The notes: a model not told the origin generated them from the letters alone. 64,000 bases of DNA from Candidatus Bathyarchaeota archaeon (GCA_963707955.1 OY970176.1:2144001-2208000), one strand, 5' to 3'; positions 48,259 through 58,714 are shown, counted from the stretch's first letter. Translations and numbers: made by a program.

Positions 48259-49029
48259 ATGATTCGAACGAACTCGAACCAGGTCGACGTCGTAGTCCTC
48301 ACAAAAAACAGCGAAAGAGTCCTGGAAAGATGCTTCAACTCGATTTTCGCAAACGTGCCCGTGAACCGCTTGATAGTGGTGGATGGGTACTCAACTGATT
48401 CCACTCTGGAGATAGTGCGGAAATTCAGCGACAAACACGGCAACGTGGTTTTGATCAAGGACGGCGGCACAAGGGGCAGCGCAAGGATGAGAGGATTAGG
48501 CGAAGTAAAAACAGAGTGGTTCCTGTTCGTCGACAGTGATGTCACTCTGAGCGACAACTGGTATGAAAAAGCGAAGAACTACGTGGACGATGACGTGGGC
48601 GCGGTTTGGGGAACGGAAGTATGGGCTGGGATGCGCGCTCAGAAGGTCTTGAAACTTTTCCTGATTGTTACCAGAAGAATTTTCGGATTGAGAGGCGGAA
48701 CCCATGACCTACTCGTGCGCAATGAAGCGGTCAAGGACATAGATATTCCCAAGAACCTGCATGTTTTCGAGGACGCACTTATCAAAGAATGGATAATCAA
48801 GAAAGGGTACAGAGTAGTTCCCACTTATGATCCTTTCTGCATACATTACAGACCCCAGTCTGTTTGGACGTTGAAAGGAAACCGAGACCTGGTAGTTGAG
48901 ACCTTGAGATACGGTTCGCTCAAAAAGATGCCGCGCTATTTTCTTGCATATGCGTTCTATACCGTCTACGTCGTGTACAGAAGTCTCACTCGAAAACTAA
49001 AGGGACCAAGCGAAAGGATAGAAGTGTGA
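48259..49029 (+). CDS. Glycosyltransferase family 2
   Basis: VVVLTKNS, IVVDGYSTDST, FVDSD and FED motifs. Confidence 0.9.
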   Translation: MIRTNSNQVDVVVLTKNSERVLERCFNSIFANVPVNRLIVVDGYSTDSTLEIVRKFSDKHGNVVLIKDGGTRGSARMRGLGEVKTEWFLFVDSDVTLSDNWYEKAKNYVDDDVGAVWGTEVWAGMRAQKVLKLFLIVTRRIFGLRGGTHDLLVRNEAVKDIDIPKNLHVFEDALIKEWIIKKGYRVVPTYDPFCIHYRPQSVWTLKGNRDLVVETLRYGSLKKMPRYFLAYAFYTVYVVYRSLTRKLKGPSERIEV

Positions 49030-49038
49030 GACGAGGCT

Positions 49039-49854
49039 TTGAACATATCAGTTGTCATTCGAACGAGAGACAAGGAAAGATATTTTGATTCTCTACTGGA
49101 AAGTCTGGCCTCGCAGACGGTTCAGGCATCAGAACTTGTTGTGGTTGACAACTTCTCGAGTGAAGAAAAAAGGCGGAGCTTGAAAAGCGATCTGAGCGAA
49201 ACGGTGAGAAGCGGCTTCTGGAAAGGGAAAGTCAGCGTCAAACTTATCGCTCTCTCAGATGATGAGTTCTCTCATGCATACTCTACTAACGTAGGCGTAG
49301 CCGCCGCTGAGAATCAATTAGTCTGCATAACGAACGCACATTCTCTTCCGTCGTCCCGGTGCTGGCTACAAGAGGGGACAAAGCATTTTGAAGACCGCAA
49401 CGTTGCTGGTGTCAGCGGGTTTTTCATCCCTCATCGGGAAGGAACTGCTATCCGAGGATTTGACAAGGCTGTTTATCAGTTCACTCAAAGAGCGATCTTG
49501 CGTCAAGACTGGTGCTCCACCATAAACTGTATAATCAGAAAGTCTCTATGGCGGGTTTATCCTTTTGACGAGAACCTGCCCAAAATCATTCCTGAAACCA
49601 AGAAATATGGTCTTGAAGATTATGATTGGAGCAAAGAAATGTTGGCCCGCGGCTTCAGGATTATAGTGGATCCAATGTTCAGCGTTTTTCACTCTCACGG
49701 AAGGGTTCTTAGCGAAACTGCAAGAAACCTGAAAGGTTATTTCGTTTACAGGCAGATTCAGCAAAAAATAGACCTGCTCAATAGGCCGCGAGTGTCTTTC
49801 AGCAGGCTTTCCCAAGCCGACCCGAGTGAGTTTGCCATAGAATTACTTTCTTAG
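49039..49854 (+). CDS. Glycosyltransferase family 2 (rhamnosyltransferase-like)
   Basis: ISVVIRT, VVVDNFS, N.GV, PFDE, EDYDW and V.HSH motifs. Confidence 0.85.
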   Translation: MNISVVIRTRDKERYFDSLLESLASQTVQASELVVVDNFSSEEKRRSLKSDLSETVRSGFWKGKVSVKLIALSDDEFSHAYSTNVGVAAAENQLVCITNAHSLPSSRCWLQEGTKHFEDRNVAGVSGFFIPHREGTAIRGFDKAVYQFTQRAILRQDWCSTINCIIRKSLWRVYPFDENLPKIIPETKKYGLEDYDWSKEMLARGFRIIVDPMFSVFHSHGRVLSETARNLKGYFVYRQIQQKIDLLNRPRVSFSRLSQADPSEFAIELLS

Positions 49855-49855
49855 C

Positions 49856-50866
49856 CTACTGTTTTGCGAGAGCAATCCATAAGTGGTCGCAAGTGGGCCT
49901 TGGCAGTTCTGTTTCAAAACCGTTTTTTCGTTTTACAATTCGGTCTTCTGGGGACGGCAAGAATTCGCCAAGGACACTTGCGCTGATTCCGCTTTTGATC
50001 AAGGTTTTCTTAATATCGTCTGCGACGTCTTTTCTAGCTGCTATCAGCATGCTTCCTGAAGCGATTAAATAAGCCGGGTCAATTTCAAATGCCTCGCATA
50101 TCTCTGAAGTCTCTTTCGCTACCGGAATTCTGTCCTCGAAGATTTTGAAGCCTAGGTTTGATGCGTCTGCAACCTCGTGTATTCCCCCGGCTATTCCCCC
50201 CTCTGTCGGGTCATGCATAGCGTGAACACCGCCTGTCTTGAAGGCTATTGCCGCCTCTTTCGCCACGCTTATCATGCTGAAGAATTCCTTAGCCCTCTTC
50301 AACGTTGAGGAACTGACGGTTTTCCTCAGTTTTTCCTCCCTGTCTGCCGCCAGAATGGCGGTGCCTTCTATGCCCGCGGTTTTGGTTATCATAATCTTAT
50401 CTCCTGCTTTGGCTCCCGCTGCTGTCACGTAATTTCCCTTTTCTGCCGTACCCATAGCACAACCCACAACTATCGGGTTTGTCAGTCCGGGAGTAGATTC
50501 GCAATGTCCTCCGACGATAGCCATTCCCAAACCCTTCGCAGCCTTGCCCATCTGGGAGCTGATGGTTTCAACGGTGCTTCTGTCCGCCTTTTCTGGGAGT
50601 AGAATACACGACAAGAAGAAGGCTGGCTCGACACCAAACGTGGAGACATCGTTTGCATTAACGTTGACTGCAAGCCAGCCTATTCTCTCCAAGGCTCCAG
50701 TGATCGGATCCATAGATACTATGAGCGATTTACTTCCAACGTTTATCACGGCACCATCGACTCCTGCCGCGGGGCCTAATGCAACCTCATTACGTTTAGC
50801 ACCCAGATTCTTGAATATGACCTCTTTCAAGATTTCGACGGGGATCTTTCCAGAAGGCAACGCCAT
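49856..50866 (-). CDS. AIR synthase-related (HypE/ThiL-like) protein
   Basis: GKIP, GP..GVD, DPITGA, VNAND, GGHCE and MHDPTEGG; lacks the C-terminal PRIC of true HypE. Confidence 0.85.
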   Translation of the reverse strand: MALPSGKIPVEILKEVIFKNLGAKRNEVALGPAAGVDGAVINVGSKSLIVSMDPITGALERIGWLAVNVNANDVSTFGVEPAFFLSCILLPEKADRSTVETISSQMGKAAKGLGMAIVGGHCESTPGLTNPIVVGCAMGTAEKGNYVTAAGAKAGDKIMITKTAGIEGTAILAADREEKLRKTVSSSTLKRAKEFFSMISVAKEAAIAFKTGGVHAMHDPTEGGIAGGIHEVADASNLGFKIFEDRIPVAKETSEICEAFEIDPAYLIASGSMLIAARKDVADDIKKTLIKSGISASVLGEFLPSPEDRIVKRKNGFETELPRPTCDHLWIALAKQ

Positions 50867-51048
50867 TTTGATCAGCCTCTCCGACGTATAATCGTGAAAG
50901 AAGCTTTTAAGCTGTAACAAGACTGGAATAGAAGCTGCTTGTCTCTAAGAGACAGAATTCCGTTAAATTGAGCTGGGTTGGTGTAATGGAGAATCAATTT
51001 GAGAAGCAAAGGTAAGTGAGGCTCATGCATGGTGTAACGGAAAATATG

Positions 51049-51678
51049 CTATGCAGACGCGTTTTGTGGAGAAAGAGCGTTATCTACTGCCATTCTGAGA
51101 AAGTATTTGTGAATTCTGAGATCGTCACTTAGCTCGGGATGAAAAGTCAAGGCCAATATATTTCCTTTTTTTGCTCCTATTATCATACCTTTATATTCAG
51201 TCCACGCTCTGGTGTCGTTCCAAACCCTTTCTATCGTCGGTGAACGGATAAACACTGCCCTGAAAAGTTTGTCTCCAATCTCAGGTATCTTTACATCCGC
51301 CTCGAAGGAATCTACTTGTCTGCCATAAGCATTTCTAAGGACTTTCATTTCTAACAAGCCCAGCAATTGTGTATTGGTCTGTTTGACTTGTTCATCGCCT
51401 TCCTTCGCCAACAGAATCGTGCCAGCACAAGTTCCAAGGACTGGTAGCCCTTTTTTTGCGAGTTCAACAATTCTTTCGTGCATTCCTGTGGTCAGCATGA
51501 GTCTGCTTATTGTGGTTGATTCACCGCCAGGTATAACAATGCCTGAAACATTATTTAGATCTCTCAAGTTTCTTGCGTACGCAACAGTACCATTGATTTT
51601 TGAATCTACCATCGCTTTTCTTAAAACTTCAACATGTTCAGAAACAGCGCCTTGTACAGCTACAACTCCAATCTTCAA
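51049..51678 (-). CDS. pdxT: Pyridoxal 5'-phosphate synthase glutaminase subunit
   Basis: QGAVSEH, PGGEST, GTCAG, RNAYGRQ and FHPEL motifs. Confidence 0.95.
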   Translation of the reverse strand: MKIGVVAVQGAVSEHVEVLRKAMVDSKINGTVAYARNLRDLNNVSGIVIPGGESTTISRLMLTTGMHERIVELAKKGLPVLGTCAGTILLAKEGDEQVKQTNTQLLGLLEMKVLRNAYGRQVDSFEADVKIPEIGDKLFRAVFIRSPTIERVWNDTRAWTEYKGMIIGAKKGNILALTFHPELSDDLRIHKYFLRMAVDNALSPQNASA

Positions 51679-52582
51679 CTGGTTCCCCGTGTTTGCATCT
51701 TCTGTTTTTCATCCATTCTTGAAGTGTCGATACCTTCCATCGGTTCACCTAAACCTTCAGAAACTCTTGCCAGAGTCTTCGGATCGTCATAATGCATCGT
51801 AGCTTCAACTATTGCCTTCGCATATCCTCTTGGATTCTTGGATTTGAACACTCCTGAACCGACAAATATGCCATCTGCCCCTAGCTGCATCATGAGAGCA
51901 GCATCAGACGGTGTTGAAATGCCTCCTGCAGCGAAATTCACTACAGGCAACCTTCCTAAATCCCTCGTCTCTATAACCGATTTCACCGGCACACGATACT
52001 CTTCTGCTTTTTCCTTCAATTGTGATTCTGACATCTTTCTCAGCTCAACTATCTCTCGATTCACAAGTTTCATGTGCCTCACAGCTTCAACGACATTTCC
52101 AGTCCCGGGTTCACCTTTGGTCCTTATCATCGCCGCGCCCTCGTCTATTCTTCTCAAGTTTCACCCAAGTTTCTTGCTCCGCAAACAAACGGAATTGTAA
52201 ACTTATTCTTGTCGATATGATCTTCTTCATCTGCAGGAGTTAACACTTCGCTCTCGTCAGCCATGTCCACTCCTAAAGCTTCGAGTACTTGTGCTTCTGC
52301 AAAATGGCCTATCCTACACTTGGCCATAACAGGAATCGTAACAGCTTTTATTATTTCTTTGATTTTTTGCGGGTCGGCCATCCTTGCCACTCCGCCTTTG
52401 GCCCTTATGTCTGCCGGCACTGCCTCCAAAGCCATAACAGAGACAGCTCCAGCATCTTCGGCAATCTTTGCCTGCTCTCCGTTTACGACGTCCATTATCA
52501 CTCCACCCTTGCACATCTTGGCGAATCCTCTCTTCAACCTATCAGTTCCTTTCTCTTCAATGATCTCCTTAGTTACTCTCAT
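51675..52582 (-). CDS. pdxS: Pyridoxal 5'-phosphate synthase lyase subunit; -1 frameshift near 52158 (probable assembly error)
   Basis: [13 protein letters not shown] and [10 protein letters not shown]; CGARNLGE joins [16 protein letters not shown]; FAAGG. Confidence 0.93.
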
Positions 52583-52881
52583 ATCATCACGGCAAACAGG
52601 ATAACGAACACAACGAATGGGCAGATTTAAGTTTTTTCTCTCGCGGCGTTCCTAACAGTGCTGTGATTTCCAATGAGACCTTGAAGTCTCTCTGGAACCC
52701 TCTTGTTCAAGAACCCGACGATCCTGCCTTCAGAATACTTTATGATTAGTGTTCTAAAGTCAACTGGCTTTCCTCCGCATACATGTATGGTTGTCCTCTG
52801 CAAATTTCAGTCTAGGCCTCGTAATGGGAAAACCTAAATGTGAGTGTAAAACTGATAGATAGAAGTCAAGAGTTGAAAGCT

Positions 52882-53259
52882 ATGAGCGAAGTGAAAGAAG
52901 ATCCGGTCAAGTTACATAAGGAAGCAGGGACGCTTTACGATGCTGGCAAGTATAAGGAAGCTGAAGAGATCTTCTTGAAGACCGCTGAGTTATATCATAA
53001 GGTGCAGAACTTTTTCGATTCGACGTCGATGATCTACAAGGCTGGCGAGTGTGCCTACGCGCTGAAGGAATATGAGAAAGCAGTTGAGCATTTCACGAAG
53101 TCTGCAGAGTTGTCCTTCCAGAAGGGGTTTGACCGGTTCGGAGTCAGCGCCCTAGAGTATGAGAGAGACAGTTACAAGGCTTTACGCAAGAATACAAAGG
53201 TCAAGGAGTTGGACAAGAAAATTCAAGAAGTGAAGAAGAAACTGGAGACTACATTCTAA
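52882..53259 (+). CDS. TPR/alpha-SNAP-like helical repeat protein
   Basis: Repeated A.E.F.K.AELY/AGEC..A.EHF.KSAEL helical hairpins. Confidence 0.7.
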   Translation: MSEVKEDPVKLHKEAGTLYDAGKYKEAEEIFLKTAELYHKVQNFFDSTSMIYKAGECAYALKEYEKAVEHFTKSAELSFQKGFDRFGVSALEYERDSYKALRKNTKVKELDKKIQEVKKKLETTF

Positions 53260-53369
53260 AAACCCCGCCGACATTACGCTGTTCTTCTTGGACTGAACAG
53301 GCCTGAAACAACGTTTATCTTTTTAAGCTGACAGATGAGAAGCTGAACATGTTTTAAGGGTCAACGACT

Positions 53370-55064
53370 ATGCCGAATCCTTTCAAGGCTCTTGCAGAAT
53401 TAGGGGAAAGGCTGGAAGCGACGACTAAACGTCTTTTGATGGTGGACCTTGCAGCAAGTTTCCTGATGAACGTAGAGTCTGATGAGACAGAACCCGCGGT
53501 TTCGATGATTCTCGGGAGGCCTTTCCCAAGATGGGATCAGCGAACTCTCGAAGTGAGCTGGGCTACTCTCAGCGAAATCATAAAGCGCATCACGGGCGTT
53601 GAATGGGACGTCTTCACAGAAGTCTTCAGCAAAACGGGCGACATCGGCGCGGCCACCAAGACGATTTTTGAAAACAGCAAAATTAGAAAACAAACCGCCC
53701 TTTTTCAGAAAGCCCTAACCATAACTGAAGTCAGGCGTAACCTGCAGACCATAGCAGAAACTTCTGGGTCAGGTTCCAGAGAGAGAAAAGAACGCCTGAT
53801 TGAAGCACTTCTGAGTCAAGCCTCGCCGGTTGAGGCCAAGTATCTGGTCAAGATCTTCATAGGCGAGATGCGCACCGGTTTTCACGAAGGGTTGATGGAA
53901 CAAGCAGTTTCTAAGGCCTTTCAAGTTCCACTGCGAGCCGTTCAAGAGGCAAGCATGATCACAGGCGACATCGGAGAGGTAGCGTCCATCGCCAAGAGTG
54001 AGGGTAAGACAGGCCTGTTCAAGATAGGCTTCAAGGTTTTCAGGCCAGTGGGCCCTATGCTGGCCCAGACGGCTGACAGCGTGGCGCAGGCGTTGGAAGA
54101 GCATGATGGCAAGACGGCGTTTGAGTACAAGTATGACGGTGCCAGAGTTCAAATCCACAAGTCAGGCGACGACATCAAGATTTTCAGCCGCAGACTAACA
54201 GACGTGACGGACAGCTTGCCAGAGATAGTGGACTTGGCTAGAAGGAACTTGAAGGCAGAGGAAGCTATCTTGGAGGGCGAGGTTGTGGCCGTCGACAGTC
54301 AGGGTTACCCAATTCCTTTCCAGCATCTGATGCGGAGGTTCAGAAGAGTTCATGGAATAGCGGGCGTGGCCGAAAGAATTCCTCTGAGGCTTTACCTTTT
54401 CGACGTATTGTATCTCAACGGGCAAAACCTGATTTCCACGTCATACGTCCAACGGAGGCGAGTACTTGCCGCAAACGCTGGCGGAATACCTATGACTTCG
54501 CAGCTGGTAACGAACGATGTTCAGGAGGCGGAGAAGTTCTTGAAACAGGCCATGGACGCGGGGCATGAAGGTTTGATGGCCAAGAGGCTTGACAGCCCGT
54601 ACACGCCTGGAATCCGCGGAAAACGTTGGCTGAAAATAAAGCCAATCCTCGAACCCTTAGACCTTGTTATAGTAGGGGCTGAGTATGGCTATGGACGCAG
54701 GCACGAGTGGCTCTCAGACTATTACTTGGCGGCGCTTGATGCTGACACTGGCAAATTTCTCATGGTGGGTAAGACCTTCAAGGGGTTGACAGACGCCGAA
54801 ATCATCGGAATGACAAAGCGTCTAAAAGAACTGACGATAAAGCGGTCACCCAGAAGGGTCAGTGTGGTTCCGAGAATAGTTGTTGAAGTCGCATACAACG
54901 AAATTCAGAGAAGCCCGAAATATGAATGCCATATGGCTCTGCGGTTCGCGAGGATCACGCGTATCAGAGAAGATAAAGCACCGGGGGAAGCGGACACGAT
55001 TCAACGGGTCAGGCAAATCTATGAGGGCCAGTTCGAGAAAAAAGGCAGATATACAAGCGATTGA
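53370..55064 (+). CDS. lig: ATP-dependent DNA ligase
   Basis: PMLA, EYKYDGARVQIH (active-site Lys), EGLMAK, W.KIK and LRFAR motifs. Confidence 0.96.
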   Translation: MPNPFKALAELGERLEATTKRLLMVDLAASFLMNVESDETEPAVSMILGRPFPRWDQRTLEVSWATLSEIIKRITGVEWDVFTEVFSKTGDIGAATKTIFENSKIRKQTALFQKALTITEVRRNLQTIAETSGSGSRERKERLIEALLSQASPVEAKYLVKIFIGEMRTGFHEGLMEQAVSKAFQVPLRAVQEASMITGDIGEVASIAKSEGKTGLFKIGFKVFRPVGPMLAQTADSVAQALEEHDGKTAFEYKYDGARVQIHKSGDDIKIFSRRLTDVTDSLPEIVDLARRNLKAEEAILEGEVVAVDSQGYPIPFQHLMRRFRRVHGIAGVAERIPLRLYLFDVLYLNGQNLISTSYVQRRRVLAANAGGIPMTSQLVTNDVQEAEKFLKQAMDAGHEGLMAKRLDSPYTPGIRGKRWLKIKPILEPLDLVIVGAEYGYGRRHEWLSDYYLAALDADTGKFLMVGKTFKGLTDAEIIGMTKRLKELTIKRSPRRVSVVPRIVVEVAYNEIQRSPKYECHMALRFARITRIREDKAPGEADTIQRVRQIYEGQFEKKGRYTSD

Positions 55065-55075
55065 CAGCAGAATAG

Positions 55076-56134
55076 ATGAGTGACGTGTGCATGCCTAGAA
55101 CGAGCAAGCTTCCCTCATTCGACGAGTACTACAGTCGTCAAACCGTGTTGAAGGAGCTCGGGAAAAAGGGGCAGAGAAAACTTGCCCAGTCAAAGGTAGC
55201 TGTCGTTGGACTAGGCGGCTTGGGAACAGTTTCATCACTTTATCTGGGGCTCGCGGGGGTTGGCCACCTGCGTCTGATAGACCAGGATACGGTTGAGTTG
55301 GCTAACTTGCACAGGCAGATCCTTTACGGCATGGAAGATCTGCATTATCCGAAGGCTGAGGTCTCGGCCAAAAGACTGCGCAAGATGAATCCGCTCGTGA
55401 AAGTCGAGCCTGTTTCAGAGAATCTGAACGTCAACAACGTTGAAAAGCTCTTAGCTGGCATGGACTGCGTCGTTGACGGCTTGGACAACATGCGCACACG
55501 TTACTTGGTCAACTGCGCATGCGCAAAGCTTGAGATTCCGTATGTGTTCGGGGCGGCCATAGGGATTGAAGGCAACCTTTCAGTCTTCGCCGTGCCTGAA
55601 ACACCATGCTTGGAGTGCGTCTTGCCAGATGTCAACGATGACAATTTGCAGACGTGCGACCTGAGAGGCGTACTCGGCGCCACGGCCGGCATAATTGGCA
55701 CGATGCAAGCTATGGAAGCGATAAAGGTGTTGACAGGCATAGGCTCGCCGCTTAAGGGTAAGCTGATGATCTGCGATTTCGCCGACATGTACTTTACTAC
55801 GATAGACATTTTCAGAAGAGACGGTTGCCCAGCGTGCCAGGGCAACGTCGGCATCCCAAAAAGGAAGGAAAAACTTGCCTGGCTATGTGGAAGAGACACG
55901 GCGAACATAAACCCTGAAGAACCGTTGAAGATGGGCCTCAGCGAAGCCTATCAGCTCATCAAGCAGCATTTTAAAGTGCGAATAAAGTCCAAACTTGCAA
56001 TAATATTCAATTACAGAACCTTTGAAATCACTTTGTTCAACGGGGGACGGATGTTAATAAAAAACGTCAAGAGTGAAAAGTCAGCCCTAGACGTTTACAG
56101 AGACGTAAGAAAGAAGCTCGATGAGGGCCGATAA
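55076..56134 (+). CDS. MoeB/ThiF (E1-like) adenylyltransferase
   Basis: YSRQ, VGLGGLG, NLHRQ, DGLDN, CLEC and C-terminal CPAC. Confidence 0.9.
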   Translation: MSDVCMPRTSKLPSFDEYYSRQTVLKELGKKGQRKLAQSKVAVVGLGGLGTVSSLYLGLAGVGHLRLIDQDTVELANLHRQILYGMEDLHYPKAEVSAKRLRKMNPLVKVEPVSENLNVNNVEKLLAGMDCVVDGLDNMRTRYLVNCACAKLEIPYVFGAAIGIEGNLSVFAVPETPCLECVLPDVNDDNLQTCDLRGVLGATAGIIGTMQAMEAIKVLTGIGSPLKGKLMICDFADMYFTTIDIFRRDGCPACQGNVGIPKRKEKLAWLCGRDTANINPEEPLKMGLSEAYQLIKQHFKVRIKSKLAIIFNYRTFEITLFNGGRMLIKNVKSEKSALDVYRDVRKKLDEGR

Positions 56135-56168
56135 ACCTATTTATCCGAGTCTCAGCGATCTGTAGACT

Positions 56169-56241
56169 GCCGGGGTGGCCGAACGGTTCAGGCGGTTGCC
56201 TGCAGAGCAGCTACATATGGGTTCAACTCCCATCCCCGGCT
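56169..56241 (+). tRNA. tRNA-Cys(GCA), intronless, CCA not encoded
   Basis: Acceptor stem GCCGGGG/CCCCGGC with U73; D arm GCC/GGC; anticodon arm GTTGC-CTGCAGA-GCAGC; T arm ATGGG-TTCAACT-CCCAT. Confidence 0.95.
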
Positions 56242-56415
56242 CTTAGATTTCGGTGGGATGAGAAGTCTTATCAGGTGGGCTGAGGAACCTACCCCTCCTC
56301 GGTTTCAACGTACCATGAATATTTGGATCCAAATATGCCCACATCAAAAAGAGCGCGACAACCTCATGACGCGCGCGCCTGAGTGCATGAATGGTTCAGC
56401 TTTTGTCGATCCAAT

Positions 56416-58353
56416 TTATGGGATGATACTGTACGCGCTCTTGGCCAGAGGCTTTGGCTTGCTCAGCAACAGCAAAGCGGAATTGATTACTACTGATATG
56501 CATCCGGCTTCTGCAAGAACAACGGCTAAGACTGGATTTAAGATGCCAAAAGCGGCTAAACTCAATGCGACTATGTTCCAGATAAACGCGTAAACTATGT
56601 TCCCCTTCATTCTGTTGAACGCCTTCCGACTCAGGCTAATCGCATATTCAACCTTTGTCAAGTCATCCCCAAGCAGAGCAACATCAGCCGTCTCGATTGC
56701 TACGTCGCTGCCAGCCGCACCCATCGCAAACCCAACATCCGAATTAGCCAACGCAGGAGCATCATTCACACCGTCACCAACCATCGCAACAACATTCCCT
56801 TTTTTCATTTCCCCAATGACCGCAACTTTCTGTTCAGGCAAAAGCTCAGCATGGTACTCATCAACCCCGATCTGCTCAGCGATAGATTTGGCAGTCCGCA
56901 TGTTATCGCCAGTTATCATAGCAGTTTTGACTCCTAAACGCTTAAGCCTCTGTATAGCTTCCAAAGAATTCTCTCTAACTGTGTCAGCCACAACAATGAC
57001 TCCAATGACATTTTTGTCAAGTGCTACAGGAATGGCTGTTTTACCCTCGCTTTCAACCCGATTCATCAACTGATTCGCTTCTTCTGAAATCTCCGTTTCC
57101 ATCATCTTTCTTCCAATTAGGATATGCTTGTTTCCGTAATGGGCGTCCACGCCATGTCCCGGAATGGTTTTGAAGTCTGTGGGGTCAGGAATCTTCATGC
57201 CCATCTCAGTTGCCTTAGCGATGATGGCTTTGGACAGGGGATGTTCTGAGAATTTCTCAGCGACTGCTGCATACTTGATTATGTCCGCTTCAGAGCAATT
57301 ACCGAAGATTTTTATCTCAACAACCTTAGGTTCGCCGATGGTTAACGTGCCAGTTTTGTCGAATGCGACCAGCTTAACGTCCTTCAGCTTTTCGATGTGT
57401 GTGCCGCCCTTGATTATTATGCCGTTCATGCTGGCATTACCGATAGTACCGGCAACTGCGACGGGAACAGCTATCGAAAGAGCGCAAGGACATGCGACTA
57501 AGAGAACAGTCACGGTTCTAGCCAGTGCCACATCAAAACCAAGTGCGAAATAACTGACGGCAAAGACAGAAGATGCCAAAACTGCCATGATTGGCAAGAA
57601 GTAAGTGGTAAACCTGTCTGCAACGTTCTGTATTGGTGCTTTTTTCTCTTGAGCTTCTTCGACTAGTTGGATGAGGTGAGCAAGCGTAGTGTCCTCAGCG
57701 ATTTTTTCAACTTTAATTTCTAATGCTCCATACTCATTGAGTGTACCCGCAAATGTGCGGTCCCCCACTGTCTTTTCCGCAGGGATTGATTCGCCAGTTA
57801 TGGTTGCTTGGTTAACTGTGCTGTGTCCAGAAATCACTGTTCCGTCAACGGGTATTTTGTCGCCTGGTTTGACCAAGACGATTTCGCCTAACTTGACCTC
57901 GTCTACGGGTACTTCAACTTCTGCGCCGTCTCGACGTATGCGAGCTGTGGTGGGGCTCATGTTTATGAGCTTCTCAAGCGCGCCTCTTGTTCTGTGGATG
58001 ATGTATCCTTCAAGTGTCATGCCTGCAAGTATTATGAACGCCACTATTGCTGATGCTGTAAGGTAACCAACTGCTTCTACTGTGCCAGTGGCTGATACTG
58101 AAGGTAGTACGAGACCAGCTACTACTGAAATGAAGATTGCAATTGTTGCAAACAATTGGGCAGTAACGTTCCCATGCCGAAGGGATCGAATGCCATGCAC
58201 ATAGATGCGATAGCCTAAGACAACGGCGATCAAAGTCAAAACAATGCTAATTTCATGCGCGTAAGTTACTTGAGTTCCAGAAATTAGGGCGCCTGCTAAA
58301 GCGAATAGCCCAAGTGAAGCGACCAGAATTACGCCTTGAACATATTCCCTCAT
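56416..58353 (-). CDS. Heavy-metal P1B-type ATPase lacking an N-terminal metal-binding domain
   Basis: TGES, ACPC, DKTGT, SEHPL, TGDN and GDGVNDAP motifs. Confidence 0.93.
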   Translation of the reverse strand: MREYVQGVILVASLGLFALAGALISGTQVTYAHEISIVLTLIAVVLGYRIYVHGIRSLRHGNVTAQLFATIAIFISVVAGLVLPSVSATGTVEAVGYLTASAIVAFIILAGMTLEGYIIHRTRGALEKLINMSPTTARIRRDGAEVEVPVDEVKLGEIVLVKPGDKIPVDGTVISGHSTVNQATITGESIPAEKTVGDRTFAGTLNEYGALEIKVEKIAEDTTLAHLIQLVEEAQEKKAPIQNVADRFTTYFLPIMAVLASSVFAVSYFALGFDVALARTVTVLLVACPCALSIAVPVAVAGTIGNASMNGIIIKGGTHIEKLKDVKLVAFDKTGTLTIGEPKVVEIKIFGNCSEADIIKYAAVAEKFSEHPLSKAIIAKATEMGMKIPDPTDFKTIPGHGVDAHYGNKHILIGRKMMETEISEEANQLMNRVESEGKTAIPVALDKNVIGVIVVADTVRENSLEAIQRLKRLGVKTAMITGDNMRTAKSIAEQIGVDEYHAELLPEQKVAVIGEMKKGNVVAMVGDGVNDAPALANSDVGFAMGAAGSDVAIETADVALLGDDLTKVEYAISLSRKAFNRMKGNIVYAFIWNIVALSLAAFGILNPVLAVVLAEAGCISVVINSALLLLSKPKPLAKSAYSIIP

Positions 58354-58640
58354 GGAATCCCTCTGGATTCAATCTCGACTTGGTAGCCTAGTCTTACCAA
58401 GCGCTCAGTAAATTTGGAGTAGCTGATTTTTCGTGAATCGTATTCTATTGTAACTTTGCCGGTTACTTCATCAACCTTGACTTTTGATACTCCATTCAAC
58501 CTTGAAAGTGCATGCCTCAGGTTTTCCGCTGCATAATCAGCTGCGCATGTTTTGCATCCAGTGCACTCCATTTTTTGAGTCTTTAGAACTATTTTTTCAA
58601 TGGCCATGTTCGGTATCTCCTTTTTTTCTTCATGAGGCAA
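58350..58640 (-). CDS. HMA-domain metallochaperone
   Basis: MECTGCKTC, L..L.GV..V.VD...GKVTIEYD and LGY; stop overlaps the ATPase start. Confidence 0.8.
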   Translation of the reverse strand: MPHEEKKEIPNMAIEKIVLKTQKMECTGCKTCAADYAAENLRHALSRLNGVSKVKVDEVTGKVTIEYDSRKISYSKFTERLVRLGYQVEIESRGIP

Positions 58641-58685
58641 TTGCGAGCCTATTCTTAATATTCGCTACCTGCAGTTAAGTGCTAG

Positions 58686-58714
58686 AACATATTCAGATAT
58701 TTAAATCTGTTGTT
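58686..58714 (-). promoter_or_regulatory. Putative ArsR/SmtB 12-2-12 operator overlapping BRE/TATA of the HMA-ATPase operon
   Basis: AACATATTCAGA-TA-TTTAAATCTGTT (9 of 12 symmetric); shares ATATTTAAATnnGTTGTT with the arsR promoter. Confidence 0.5.

Noticed and set aside
49856-50866. Second true hypE
   Set aside because: It lacks the C-terminal PRIC cysteine and belongs to the broader AIR-synthase-like family.
7331-52582. hdrA, ACAD, ECH, rpl34e and pdxS as pseudogenes or programmed frameshifts
   Set aside because: Each has a single indel with intact motifs on both sides, no slippery sequence and a shared RGCT context; a systematic sequencing error is more likely.
52600-52800. Minus-strand open stretch (TIHVCGGKPVDFRTLII...) as a gene remnant
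   Set aside because: No clear start and no family I can support; left unannotated.
56242-56415. Prophage or integrative element att site after tRNA-Cys
   Set aside because: No integrase and no repeat of the tRNA 3' end within the window; it cannot be supported here.
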